A stretch of DNA of 64,000 nucleotides from an uncultured bacterium (GCA_963717085.1 CAVQVM010000023.1:210627-274626), one strand, 5' to 3'; shown: positions 19,949-29,228, counted from the stretch's first letter. The notes: generated from the letters alone by a model not told the origin. Program-made: numbers and translations.

Positions 19949-19966
19949 TTAGCGATATATCGTCAA
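19949..19966. promoter_or_regulatory. Palindromic operator upstream of padR
   Basis: ttagCGATATATCGtcaa: perfect 10-bp core in a near-perfect 18-bp palindrome. Confidence 0.6.
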
Positions 19967-19996
19967 CCCATCGGCAAGCGATCGATAGGAGTGACG

Positions 19997-20566
19997 ATGA
20001 GAAATCGAACGTTCGGGCACCACTACGGCCCGTGGATGGCCCCCTTCCCCGGGCATTTCGCGTTCGACTTCGATCCCCGAGGCCGAGGCCGGGGCGGACG
20101 GGGTCGCGGTCGTCGTAACCGCGGCGATGTCAGGGCGGCGTTGCTGGCGCTGCTGAACGAGCGGCCGATGCACGGCTACGAGATGATCCAGGAGCTCGAC
20201 GACCGGACCGGTGGCATCTGGCGCCCCAGCCCTGGGTCCGTCTATCCGACGCTGCAGCTGCTCGAGGACGAGGGCCTGATCACCAGCGAGACGAGCGAGG
20301 GCCGCAAGCGGTTCACGCTCACCGACGCCGGGCGCGAGGAAGCCGCGAAGGCGACGGCGGCCCCGCCCTGGGCCCAGTACGCCGACGACGACACGGTGTC
20401 GACGGTCACCGAGTTCCGCAAGGCGTCGTTCGGCGTCATGAACGCCCTCGGCCAGGTCGGTTTCTCGGGGTCCGACGAGCAGCGGGCCCGGGCGCTCGAG
20501 GTGCTCGCCGAGACCCGCCGCAAGCTCTACGCCATCCTCGCGGAGGACGACGCCGAGTCGGTGTAA
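19997..20566 (+). CDS. PadR-family transcriptional regulator
   Basis: RGDVRAALLALL, HGYEMIQEL, PSPGSVYPTLQLLEDEGLI. AGGAG RBS upstream. Confidence 0.93.
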   Translation: MRNRTFGHHYGPWMAPFPGHFAFDFDPRGRGRGGRGRGRRNRGDVRAALLALLNERPMHGYEMIQELDDRTGGIWRPSPGSVYPTLQLLEDEGLITSETSEGRKRFTLTDAGREEAAKATAAPPWAQYADDDTVSTVTEFRKASFGVMNALGQVGFSGSDEQRARALEVLAETRRKLYAILAEDDAESV

Positions 20567-20591
20567 CTGCCCGGGGTGGCAGGCTGCCGGG

Positions 20592-20976
20592 ATGAGCGAT
20601 CCCAGCTCCTGGTTTCCGGAGCTTCGGCCGGCGGACGAACGCACCGCGCTGGAGCAGTTCCTCGACCAGTATCGGCATATCGCTGCCGGAACCTTGGGCG
20701 TCCGCTCCCCTGGCTGAGGACCCCGACTGGCCGTTCCACTCCAGCCGGCACGACTCGGTCGACGAGGTGCTGTCCCTCTACTCCACCGCCTGTCCGCGCA
20801 GTCGCGCCGCAGCCAACCGTTTCGACTCCCTAGATGCCGTCGCGGTGGTCCCTTCGTACGGGAAGGGTCCGGTCAACCTCAGGTGGATCCTCGTGCACAT
20901 GATCGACGAGACCGCTCGCCACGCGGGCCACCTCGACCTGTTGCGCGACGCCATCGACCGCCGAGCCTCGAGCTAG
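20592..20976 (+). pseudogene. DinB/DUF664-family pseudogene (internal deletion plus frameshift)
   Basis: The N-terminus (ADERTALEQFLDQYRHI) is in one frame. The C-terminus (LPEPWASAPLAEDPDWPF...NLRWILVHMIDETARHAGHLDLLRDAID) is in another. The middle of the domain is missing. Confidence 0.8.
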
Positions 20977-22277
20977 CTGCCGGCCGTAGCGACGGCACGC
21001 TCGGCGAGCACACGGGCGCGGAGACGGGCACGCCAGGCCTCGAGCCATGCCTTGCGTCGTTCGAGGTCGGCGTCGGGTGGTGGCCGTTGCGGCGCGGCCG
21101 CCGGAGGGTTGCCATCGCCGTGTTCCCAGCGCCAACGGTTGTGGTACGGGCAGCGGAGTTGGCCGTTCTCTGCGTCGGTGTCGCCGCCGCGCGACCACGG
21201 TTGGATGTGGTCGCCCTGGCAGCGCTCCGCGGGCATGTCGCAACCAGCGTGCGTGCAGCCTCGGTCGAGGACCTCGAGGGCTCGGCGCACGGCTCCGGTG
21301 AAGCGGCGGGCCCGTCCCAGGTCGACTACCCGGGAGGGACCATCGAACACCACCCGTTCGATGAGCGCCTCGTCGAGCAGGGAGGCGACTGTGCCGGGCG
21401 TGATCACGGTGCGATCGGCCAGTTCACACACCCGGCCCCTGAAGGTCTCGTAGCCCACCAACACGCTGACGAGCGGTTGGGGGCGCTTGCCGTCTGCCGG
21501 TGCCGTCAAGGCCCTCCGAGCCATCTCCACCAGGGCGTCGTGTCGCCGCTGGGCAGGGGTACGAGTCAGATGGCCGGTGGTGGCGGCGTCGCCGTGCTCG
21601 GCCCGGGCTGCCGCCCAGTCCGCATCGAACAGCTCCTGTTCGATGCGGCCCAACGCCGACGCCACTGTGGCCCGGCCCAGCGATGTCAGCAGCCCGTCGA
21701 GATGGCCGGTGCCGCGGAGGCCCGGAGAAAGATGGAAGCGCCGCAGCGCCTCGTCATGGGCGGCGTCCTTCCGTCCCGTCGGGGTCGGCGCACTGGCGCC
21801 AGTACTCGATGGCTCGGCAGAAGTCGGGCCATGGCAGCGTGCGGGCGAAGTCGACGAGTATCGCCTCGTCGCGGGCGAAACACTCGACGGTACGGCCACC
21901 CGCCAGCGCCGCCAGACAGTGACGCGTGCCTCTGACTGATGTTCCCCGCCGCGAATGCTTCGGCCGTGACCGACATGGTCCGCAACCGGCGCCCCAACCA
22001 CACCCTCGGCTCGCGCCTGGCCCGACCGGCAACCTGCAGTGATGCGCCAACCACGCGCCGCAGCTCCGAGACCCGTCATCGGCCCATGCCCGCCGTGCCT
22101 CCAACGCCGCCGTCAGGCCGACTCGTCGCCGCCGCCATCCGCGCCTGTTGGCGGTGCAAGCTCCACAACCGCATCCGCCAACTCGCCATCAGTCGAGCGA
22201 GTCGGGATCCAGGCCCGACCGACCCATCGAGTGCCGCGTGAGTGGGAGAGTGCAGCGCTGACCGCCGTGCTGCTCAC
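20973..22277 (-). pseudogene. DUF222 + HNH endonuclease (13E12/REP13E12-like) pseudogene with at least 4 frameshifts
   Basis: Recognisable segments alternate among three frames: DGELADAVVEL; WADDGSRSCGAWLAHHCRLP; LGRRLRTMSVTAEAFAAGNIS; FARDEAILV..DPDG; then the intact C-terminus DRGCTHAGC..DHIQPWSRGGDT..NGQLRCPYHN. Confidence 0.85.
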
Positions 22278-22302
22278 CCGTCCACGCCACTCTTCGGATA
22301 CC

Positions 22303-22316
22303 CCAACATATGTTCG
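22303..22316. promoter_or_regulatory. Putative LexA (SOS) box upstream of the HNH pseudogene
   Basis: CCAAC-ATAT-GTTCG is one mismatch from the Gram-positive/actinobacterial consensus CGAAC-N4-GTTCG. Confidence 0.55.
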
Positions 22317-22363
22317 TATCAATACCATGTGACACGTTGACTGGCCAGTAGTTTTCGTAGAAC

Positions 22364-22798
22364 TCAGTGGCCTCTAGCCACCCGGAGGGCCCACCCGACG
22401 AGCGGTAGCTGGAGCGGCAGCCGAGCCAGAGCAATCGCCCGGAAACGGCCCACCGGCATGTCCGGAACGGCCTGGTGCTCGGTGCCGGCGTCGAGCGCCA
22501 TCTGCACGTTGGCGGGGAACACGGCGACCAGCACGGCCGCGGTGAGCACGCCGCCGACCCTGCCGGTGCGCCGGCTCGACAACAGCGCTCCGCATGCGAT
22601 CTCGGCCGCCCCGCTCGTCAGTACGACACGCCGGGCGTCACCCGCCCAACGCGGGACGATGCGCTCGTAGGCCGCCGGCGCGACGAAGTGTGTGACTCCG
22701 GCGCCCACCATGAGCGCGGCCAACCCCAACCGTGAACTTCGGACGCTCGCAGACTCGGGCTGGGCTCCCTGAAGCTCGAGGCCGCGCTCTGTCGACAC
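22364..22798 (-). CDS. DoxX-like membrane protein
   Basis: GAGVTHFVAPAAYERIVP, SGAAEIACG, VAVFPANVQMAL and RLPLQLPL motifs. Start estimated. Confidence 0.8.
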   Translation of the reverse strand: MSTERGLELQGAQPESASVRSSRLGLAALMVGAGVTHFVAPAAYERIVPRWAGDARRVVLTSGAAEIACGALLSSRRTGRVGGVLTAAVLVAVFPANVQMALDAGTEHQAVPDMPVGRFRAIALARLPLQLPLVGWALRVARGH

Positions 22799-22809
22799 CG
22801 GCGGGGAGG

Positions 22810-23433
22810 TCACGCGCCGCCGGATGCCAGGACGGCCCGGACCAGGCGGGCGAGCACGGCTCGGGCGCGTGCGGGGTCGTCGTCCCAATCCGTGCGCAGC
22901 GTCTCCCAGGTCGCCCACGACGAGGCGGTCGCCAGGGCCTCGGTCACCTCGGCGCGGACCTGCGCCGGGACGCCGGCCAGTTCCGATGCAAAGACCTGCT
23001 CGACCTCGGCGCGCAGGAAGGCCGAGCCGGCGCGCATCGCCCTCCGTATCTCGGGAGCGAACGGACCGTGGACGCCCGCCGCCACCCGGAAGGGCGTCAT
23101 CGCCTCGAGCAGGTTGGAGCGCTGCTCGACGAAGCGGGCGATGCGGTCGTCGAGGGGGAGCGTGGCATCGATGGGGGCGAGCAGCGCGGCCATGCGCTCG
23201 GCGATGCTCTCGGTGACGGCGATGTGCAACGACGGGAGGTCGTCGAAGTGCTGGAACACCGAGCGGACCGAGACGCCGGCGCGCGCGGCGATCCGGGGGG
23301 CGGTCGGCCGAAGGTCGCCCTCCTCGACGAGCGCGATGCAGGCGTCGACGATGGCCTCGCGCGTGCGCAGGGCTCGCGCGGCACGCCCGTCGGCGGGCAC
23401 CGCGGGCACGGCAGGTGCGGCAGTTTCTTGCAC
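22810..23433 (-). CDS. TetR/AcrR-family transcriptional regulator
   Basis: RTREAIVDACIALV, IAARAGVSVRSVFQHF. Confidence 0.92.
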   Translation of the reverse strand: MQETAAPAVPAVPADGRAARALRTREAIVDACIALVEEGDLRPTAPRIAARAGVSVRSVFQHFDDLPSLHIAVTESIAERMAALLAPIDATLPLDDRIARFVEQRSNLLEAMTPFRVAAGVHGPFAPEIRRAMRAGSAFLRAEVEQVFASELAGVPAQVRAEVTEALATASSWATWETLRTDWDDDPARARAVLARLVRAVLASGGA

Positions 23434-23445
23434 TCGCCCTGCAGG

Positions 23446-23841
23446 TTACCCGGGAGCGCTGGGCGCCACGGGCGACCCGTGGTGCAGCACCATGCGCCAG
23501 TGGCCGTCGATGCGGCGGAACATGTTGACCGCCGCCACCGTCCCCCCCACCTGCTCCCCGATCAGGTTCTCGTCGAGGGTCACCCAGGCGAGCTCGCCCG
23601 CCAGGTGCACGCGCTCGTCGGTGAGGATGAACTGCAGGTGCTGTGGCCCGCCGAACAGGGCGAACCACGACCCGGCGACGGCGCCCCAGCCGTGCAGTGT
23701 CTTCCAGCCCGGATGCGTGCACACCACCTCGTCGTCGTGCACCCACAGGTCGGACATGGCGTCCAGGTCCCGAGCCTCGAACGCCTCGTAGAAGCCCCGG
23801 TTCGCGGCCAGCACCGCCTCGACGTCGACCAATTCGCGCAT
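23446..23841 (-). CDS. SnoaL/NTF2-like protein
   Basis: AANRGFYEAFEARDLDAM, CTHPGW, ENL, WRMVLHHGS. Confidence 0.88.
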   Translation of the reverse strand: MRELVDVEAVLAANRGFYEAFEARDLDAMSDLWVHDDEVVCTHPGWKTLHGWGAVAGSWFALFGGPQHLQFILTDERVHLAGELAWVTLDENLIGEQVGGTVAAVNMFRRIDGHWRMVLHHGSPVAPSAPG

Positions 23842-23914
23842 CACGCCGACCCTATCGCCACCGGCCGGGTGCGCCGGTTGGGCCCAGGGCGAGGGCCGCT
23901 GCCAGCATGGCGGC

Positions 23915-24766
23915 GTGCCCCCCATCCGGAAGGTGCCCTCGACCGACGGCGTCACGCTCGCGCTCATCGACCTGGGCGGCGACGGTCGGCCGCTGCTGTT
24001 CTGCCACCCCACCGGGTTCCACGGGATGATCTGGGCACCGCTGGCCGCGCACCTGGCGGACGTGGCGCACAGCTGGGCGGTCGACTTTCGCGGCCACGGC
24101 GACAGCTCGGTGCCCGCGTCGATGGACTTCGCCTGGGACCGCATGGTCGACGACGTGCTCGCCGTCGTCGACGACCTCGGCATCACCGAGGTGAAAGCCG
24201 TCGGCCATTCGATGGGCGGTGCCGCGCTGCTGCTGGCCGAGATGCGCCGGCCAGGGACCTTTGCGGGTCTCTGGCTGTACGAGCCCGTCGTGTTCCCGAG
24301 GTCGGGGGGCGTGCCCGCCCCCAACCCGATGGCCGCTGCGGCCCGGCGTCGCCGTCCCTGGTTCCCCGACGCCGAGGCCGCGTATGCCAACTTTGCCGCC
24401 AAGCCGTCGCTCGGCTCCCTCGATCCCGCGGCGTTGCGCGCCTACGTGGACCACGGGCTGCGCCCATGCCACAGCGCAGACGGCGACCACGCCGTCGAGC
24501 TCAAGTGCGCGCCCGAGGTGGAGGCGCTCGTGTTCGAGAACGGCCTCCGCGCCGCCGCCGCCACATTCGACCGCCTGGCCGAGGTGCGAATCCCGGTCAC
24601 GGTTGCGGCCAGCGTGGACGGCGGTGGTCCCGCACACGCAGCGCCGCTGATCGTCGACGCGCTGCCCCACGGGCGCCTCGAGCGGTTCCGGCTGACGCAC
24701 TTCGGACCGATGGAGGATCCGGCCGGCATCGCGGTCGCCATCCGGGCCGACCTCGACCTCGGCTGA
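23915..24766 (+). CDS. Alpha/beta hydrolase
   Basis: HPTGFH oxyanion region, GHSMGG nucleophile elbow, C-terminal THFGPME. Confidence 0.9.
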   Translation: MPPIRKVPSTDGVTLALIDLGGDGRPLLFCHPTGFHGMIWAPLAAHLADVAHSWAVDFRGHGDSSVPASMDFAWDRMVDDVLAVVDDLGITEVKAVGHSMGGAALLLAEMRRPGTFAGLWLYEPVVFPRSGGVPAPNPMAAAARRRRPWFPDAEAAYANFAAKPSLGSLDPAALRAYVDHGLRPCHSADGDHAVELKCAPEVEALVFENGLRAAAATFDRLAEVRIPVTVAASVDGGGPAHAAPLIVDALPHGRLERFRLTHFGPMEDPAGIAVAIRADLDLG

Positions 24767-24830
24767 GGCGATCCCCCCGCGCCGTGAGGGTCCGCCGTTG
24801 GTGTCACACCCCGCGCCTACTGTCGGCGGC

Positions 24831-25673
24831 ATGGCGTTTCCGGTGCCACGATCGCTGAGCCCTTCGAAGGTGTCCTCGTTCACCGACTGCGCGCTCGCCT
24901 TCCGGTTCTCGGTGATCGACCGGCTGCCGGAGCCGCCGTCGCCGGCGGCCACCAGGGGCACGCTGGTTCACGCCGCGCTCGAACGCCTCCATCTGCTGCC
25001 ACCCGCGGAACGCACGGTCGACGCCGCGCTGGCCTGCCTGGCCGACGCCAGCGTCGAGCTGCGCGACGACCCCGAATACGTCGGTCTCGAGCTGAGCGGC
25101 GACGACGAGGTGGCGTTCCATGCCGAGGCCGCGCAGCTGGTGCGCAACTACTTCCGCCTGGAGGATCCGCGCTCGGTGCGGGCGATCGGCCTCGAGCTGA
25201 TGCTCACTGCCGAGGTGGATGGCCTGCCCCTGCGGGGGATCATCGACCGCCTCGAGCTCGACGGCGAGGGCGGCCTCGTCGTCACCGACTACAAGACGGG
25301 TGCTGCGCCATCGACGCAGTACGAGCGCAAGCGCCTCTCCGGTGTCCACATCTACTCGCTGCTGTGCGAGGAGTTGCTGGGCCGCCGGCCGACCCGGGTG
25401 CAGCTGCTGTTCCTGCGCGACCCGCTGGCCATCATCACCGAGCCGAGCGACCGCTCGACGCGCGGCACCCGGCGCACGCTCGGAGCCGTGTGGCAGGCGG
25501 TCGAGCGCGCCTGCCACCGGGAGGATTTCCGGCCCCAGCCCTCCCGGCTGTGCGAGTGGTGCTCGTTCCGGGCCTACTGCCCTGCCTTCGGCGGCGATCC
25601 CGACGCCGCCCGGGCGCTGGCCGAGCACGCGGCGGCCGAGGCGGAGCCGCAGCTGGCACTCGAGCTCGCCTGA
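24831..25673 (+). CDS. RecB-family PD-(D/E)XK exonuclease (stand-alone, Cas4/AddB-like Fe-S cysteines)
   Basis: LSPSK..FTDC, GTLVHAALE, LRGIIDRL, DYKTG and LCEWCSFRAYCP motifs. Confidence 0.9.
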   Translation: MAFPVPRSLSPSKVSSFTDCALAFRFSVIDRLPEPPSPAATRGTLVHAALERLHLLPPAERTVDAALACLADASVELRDDPEYVGLELSGDDEVAFHAEAAQLVRNYFRLEDPRSVRAIGLELMLTAEVDGLPLRGIIDRLELDGEGGLVVTDYKTGAAPSTQYERKRLSGVHIYSLLCEELLGRRPTRVQLLFLRDPLAIITEPSDRSTRGTRRTLGAVWQAVERACHREDFRPQPSRLCEWCSFRAYCPAFGGDPDAARALAEHAAAEAEPQLALELA

Positions 25674-25689
25674 CGCGGCAGCCGTCCCG

Positions 25690-26247
25690 ATGCCGGGCCG
25701 CCTCAACGACATCGCCCAGGCCATAGGTCGCTTCGACGGCGCGATCGACGAGCGCATCGACCGCTTCCGGGGGCACCCGCACGTCGACCGGTTGATGTAC
25801 GCCGCCTCGGAGCTCGGCGACTTCAGCCTGGTGTGGCATCTGGTCAACACCGGGCGGGCGCTCGCCCCGGATCGGCGCCTCATCCACGCGGTCAGGGTCG
25901 CCGCCATCCTCGGCGTCGAGTCGGCGTTGGTGAACGGACCGGTCAAGAGCCTGTTCCGGCGCCACCGGCCCGCCTGGGAGCAGGCGCGGCCGCTGCGCCT
26001 ACGGCGCCCGCGCACGTCGAGCTTTCCGTCGGGGCACGCCTCGGCGGCCATGACCGCGGCCGGCATACTGAGCCAGGGCGACCCCCTGTGGCCGCTCTAC
26101 TACGCGATCGGCGCGGTGGTGGCGGGCAGCCGGGTGTACGTGAAGATCCATCATCCGTCGGACGTGGTGGCGGGCGCGATTCTCGGCGTGGTGCTGGCCC
26201 GCCTCGCGCGACACGCGTGGCCCCTTCCTCCCGCCCATCCGGAATGA
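25690..26247 (+). CDS. PAP2-family phosphatase
   Basis: KSLFRRHRP, SFPSGHA and SRVYVKIHHPSDV motifs. Confidence 0.92.
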   Translation: MPGRLNDIAQAIGRFDGAIDERIDRFRGHPHVDRLMYAASELGDFSLVWHLVNTGRALAPDRRLIHAVRVAAILGVESALVNGPVKSLFRRHRPAWEQARPLRLRRPRTSSFPSGHASAAMTAAGILSQGDPLWPLYYAIGAVVAGSRVYVKIHHPSDVVAGAILGVVLARLARHAWPLPPAHPE

Positions 26248-26876
26248 CTCGGGGTGCCGACCCGTTGATCCACTCGATGAACGACTTCGCCGTCACTTGG
26301 GACTACCGGTGCCCGTTCGCGCGGAACGCACACGAGCACATCATCGAGGCGCTCCGCGCCGGGGCCCCGTGGACTGTCAGATTCGTGCCGTTCTCGTTGG
26401 CGCAGGTCCACGTCGCCGAGGGCGAGCCCGACATCTGGACCCGGCCGCAGGACGACTCCGGGCTGCTCGCGATGCAGGCGGCCGTGGTGGTGCGGGACGA
26501 GTTTGCCGACCGCTTCCTCGATGCGCACCGGGCGCTGTTCGCACTCCGGCACGACGAGGGCAAGCACCTGGAGGACCCCGAGGAGGTCCGCCGGGTCCTC
26601 ACCGCCGCCGGCGTGGACGCCGACAAGGTGTTCGCGAGGATCGACGGCGGGGAGGCGCTCGAGCGCGTCCGGGCCGAACACACCGCCGCCGCCGAGGATC
26701 ACGAGGTGTGGGGCGTCCCGACCTTCATCCAGGGCGAAGGCGCCGTCTTCGTGCGGCTCATGGAGCGACCCCGGGGCGACGCGGAGCTGGCGACCCGGAC
26801 CATCGAACGCGTCGTGTCGTTGTTGACCGAGTTCCCGGAGCTCAACGAGTTCAAGCACACCTCGTTGAAGCGCTGA
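26244..26876 (+). CDS. DsbA/thioredoxin-fold protein with a single-Cys active site
   Basis: WDYRCPFA and WGVPTF (cis-Pro). Start is 26244 (ATGA overlap) or 26277. Confidence 0.8.
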   Translation: MTRGADPLIHSMNDFAVTWDYRCPFARNAHEHIIEALRAGAPWTVRFVPFSLAQVHVAEGEPDIWTRPQDDSGLLAMQAAVVVRDEFADRFLDAHRALFALRHDEGKHLEDPEEVRRVLTAAGVDADKVFARIDGGEALERVRAEHTAAAEDHEVWGVPTFIQGEGAVFVRLMERPRGDAELATRTIERVVSLLTEFPELNEFKHTSLKR

Positions 26877-26930
26877 GAGTCTGTCGTCAGGCCACCGCCA
26901 TCAGGTGGCGGCAGCCAAGGGGAGCGAGCC

Positions 26931-27131
26931 TCAGCCCGGCACCGGGACGTCGAAGTCGTCCCGGTCGTCGCTGCCCGAGCCCGAGTTGGCGAGGAGCGTC
27001 CGCACGTCCAGCAGCAGGTCGGCCACCTCGTTCGAGGACACCAGCTCACGGTGCAGCAGATCGCCCAGGCCCTTGTCGATGACGGCCAAGGCCTCACTGA
27101 TCGTCTCATCGAGCGTGTGGGTCTCCGTCAT
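26931..27131 (-). CDS. Small hypothetical helical protein (66 aa)
   Basis: Amphipathic helices (ISEALAVIDKGL..ELVSSNEVADLLLDVRTLL) and good codon usage. Confidence 0.65.
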   Translation of the reverse strand: MTETHTLDETISEALAVIDKGLGDLLHRELVSSNEVADLLLDVRTLLANSGSGSDDRDDFDVPVPG

Positions 27132-27231
27132 TAGCGCCCACCATACCGGTCGCTCGACGGTCGGCGACGACAGCGAGCGGTGAATCGGTCACATGGGAGC
27201 GGGTTCTGAGGTCCCCGCCGGCGAGGTTCCA

Positions 27232-28113
27232 CTAGCGCAGGGCGGCCAGCTCGGCCTCGATGCGGGACAGGCGGCGCTCGATGTCGCGCACGCGCTCATC
27301 CAGGGCGGAGGTGTCTTCGGCCATGGTGAGCTGGGGCAGGGTCGCCAGATGGTTGCCGCCCACATCAGGTGGTGGTGGCGGCGGTGGCGGCAGCGTCGGA
27401 TCCTCGCGCCAGTCGCTCGAATGGTAGGTGGTCCGGGCGCCGGGCGGGTGGGGTTGATCGGCGCCTGGCGGGGTGGACGGCTCTTGCCGCTCCAGCGCCT
27501 CGGCCAGGCGCTTCTCCAGCTCGGCCACGCGGGTGGACAGGTCGGCGTACGACGGCGGCAGGGCCTCGAGCGGAGCGCCGCCGGCAGCAGGCTCGGCGGT
27601 GCGCAGCCGCGGGAAGGGCGCGGTCAGGACCTCGACCCAGCGGGTCTCACCGCCCGCTCCGTCTCCCTCCAGGCGGGCTGCAAACGGCGTCGGGGTGCGG
27701 GCGGCCAGCATGTCGAGCACGGCGTCCACGTCGGCCGGGTCGGCGAACGGCGCCAGCCGCCGGGCCCTCTCCCGAACCTCGGACACGGTCTGGACGCCGT
27801 ACAGCAGCAGCGTCGCCAGCACCGCCAGGTCGCCCCGTCCCAGGCGCCAGCGCTCGTCGGCCCGGTGGCGATAACGGGTGGTCCGCTCCCCTGGTGCGCG
27901 CGCCAGGACGAACCGCGCCAGGCCCTTGGACTTGAGCGACAGCAGGGTGTCCTCCACCGTGCGGTCGTCGTAGGCAACCACCGGATCCCGCCCGCTGGTC
28001 TGGTTGCAAGCAAGGCGCAGGTCGTTGAGCGTGACCGGGTACGCCTCGGGGGCAACGGCCTCCCGCTCGATGAGGCACCCGAGCACGCGCCCCTCGGCCT
28101 CCGTCAGGTCCAT
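27232..28113 (-). CDS. DUF480/YceH-family protein with a C-terminal low-complexity/coiled-coil extension
   Basis: EGRVLGCLIERE, YPVTLNDLRLACNQTSGRDPV, RTTRYRH and QTVSEVRER motifs. Confidence 0.85.
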   Translation of the reverse strand: MDLTEAEGRVLGCLIEREAVAPEAYPVTLNDLRLACNQTSGRDPVVAYDDRTVEDTLLSLKSKGLARFVLARAPGERTTRYRHRADERWRLGRGDLAVLATLLLYGVQTVSEVRERARRLAPFADPADVDAVLDMLAARTPTPFAARLEGDGAGGETRWVEVLTAPFPRLRTAEPAAGGAPLEALPPSYADLSTRVAELEKRLAEALERQEPSTPPGADQPHPPGARTTYHSSDWREDPTLPPPPPPPPDVGGNHLATLPQLTMAEDTSALDERVRDIERRLSRIEAELAALR

Positions 28114-28206
28114 AGGGGGTCGATGGTATGTGCCCACACCGGCGGCGCGCGGCGCCGAGTGGACGCCACGATGACTTCCGCGAGGGTCCACTAGGTTGGG
28201 CCGGCC

Positions 28207-29223
28207 ATGGGAATGGACGAGGCAGGTCTCACCTTCGCATCGCTCATGAGCTTGGGGCCCGAACTGGCCGTGTCGACCGCCGAGACTGCCGCCGAGCTGG
28301 GCTACCGGAGCTTCTGGACCGCCGAGACCACCGGGCCGGAAGCGTTCTCCCTGCTGGGCGCCGTCGGCACTGCCGCGCCGGGGCTCGATCTCGGGACCGG
28401 GGTCCTGGCCCTCCAGCTGCGCACGCCCATGGTCGTGGCCATGGCCGGAGCCACGCTGCAGGCCTTGCGGCCAGAGCGGGCTGTCCTGCTCGGCATCGGC
28501 ATCTCATCGCCCGTGGTCACGGAGCGTTGGCACGGCGTCCCCTACGGCGACCGGCCGGTGGCCCGGGTGCGCGAGTACGTCACCCTGCTCCGCGCCTGCC
28601 TATCCGGCGAGAAGGTCGACTTCGACGGCGACTTCTACCAGGTCAAGGGCTTCCGGCTCGGGGTCCGTCCCGGGAATCGTGTTCCCAAGATCGTGATCGG
28701 CGCACTGAACCCCGCGATGTTGCGCCTGGCCGGTGAGGTGGCCGACGGGGTGCTGCTCAACTACCTGCCGGCGTCGCACGTTCCCTGGTCGGTCGAGCAG
28801 GTGCGCCAGGGCCGAACGGCCCGAGCGGCCTCGGGAGTGGGGGGTGCGTGCGCCATCTACTCCTACGTGCACGCCGGCGTGTGCGAGCGGGACGAGGGGA
28901 TCGAGCTCGCGCGGCGCGACCTGTACTCGTACGCCGTGGTGGACAGCTACGCCCGCAACTTCGAGCGGGCCGGGTTCGCCGACGAGGTGGCCGAGATCCG
29001 GGAGCGGTTCGCCGCCGGGGACCGCGACGGCGCCGTGGGGGCGGTGAGCGATCGCATGGTCGACGCCATCGACGTCATGGGCGATGCTGACGTCGCGCAC
29101 GCGACCATGCAGTCCTATGTCGACGCCGGAGTCGAGGTCCCGATCCTCATGCCCCTCCCGTGGGGGCGCGATCGGCGAGCCTCGGCCGACGCCACCATTC
29201 GGGCGGCCATCGGGAAGGGTTGA
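28207..29223 (+). CDS. LLM-class flavin-dependent oxidoreductase
   Basis: FWTAETTGPEAFS, LLGIGISSP and IGALNPAMLRLAGEVADGV motifs. Confidence 0.9.
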   Translation: MGMDEAGLTFASLMSLGPELAVSTAETAAELGYRSFWTAETTGPEAFSLLGAVGTAAPGLDLGTGVLALQLRTPMVVAMAGATLQALRPERAVLLGIGISSPVVTERWHGVPYGDRPVARVREYVTLLRACLSGEKVDFDGDFYQVKGFRLGVRPGNRVPKIVIGALNPAMLRLAGEVADGVLLNYLPASHVPWSVEQVRQGRTARAASGVGGACAIYSYVHAGVCERDEGIELARRDLYSYAVVDSYARNFERAGFADEVAEIRERFAAGDRDGAVGAVSDRMVDAIDVMGDADVAHATMQSYVDAGVEVPILMPLPWGRDRRASADATIRAAIGKG

Positions 29224-29228
29224 CCGGC

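Noticed and set aside
20973-22277. Programmed frameshifting in the HNH gene
   Set aside because: At least four frame changes with no obvious slippery heptamers. Decay is the simpler explanation.
24831-25673. cas4 of a CRISPR-Cas locus
   Set aside because: No cas1, cas2, effector genes or repeat-spacer array in the window.
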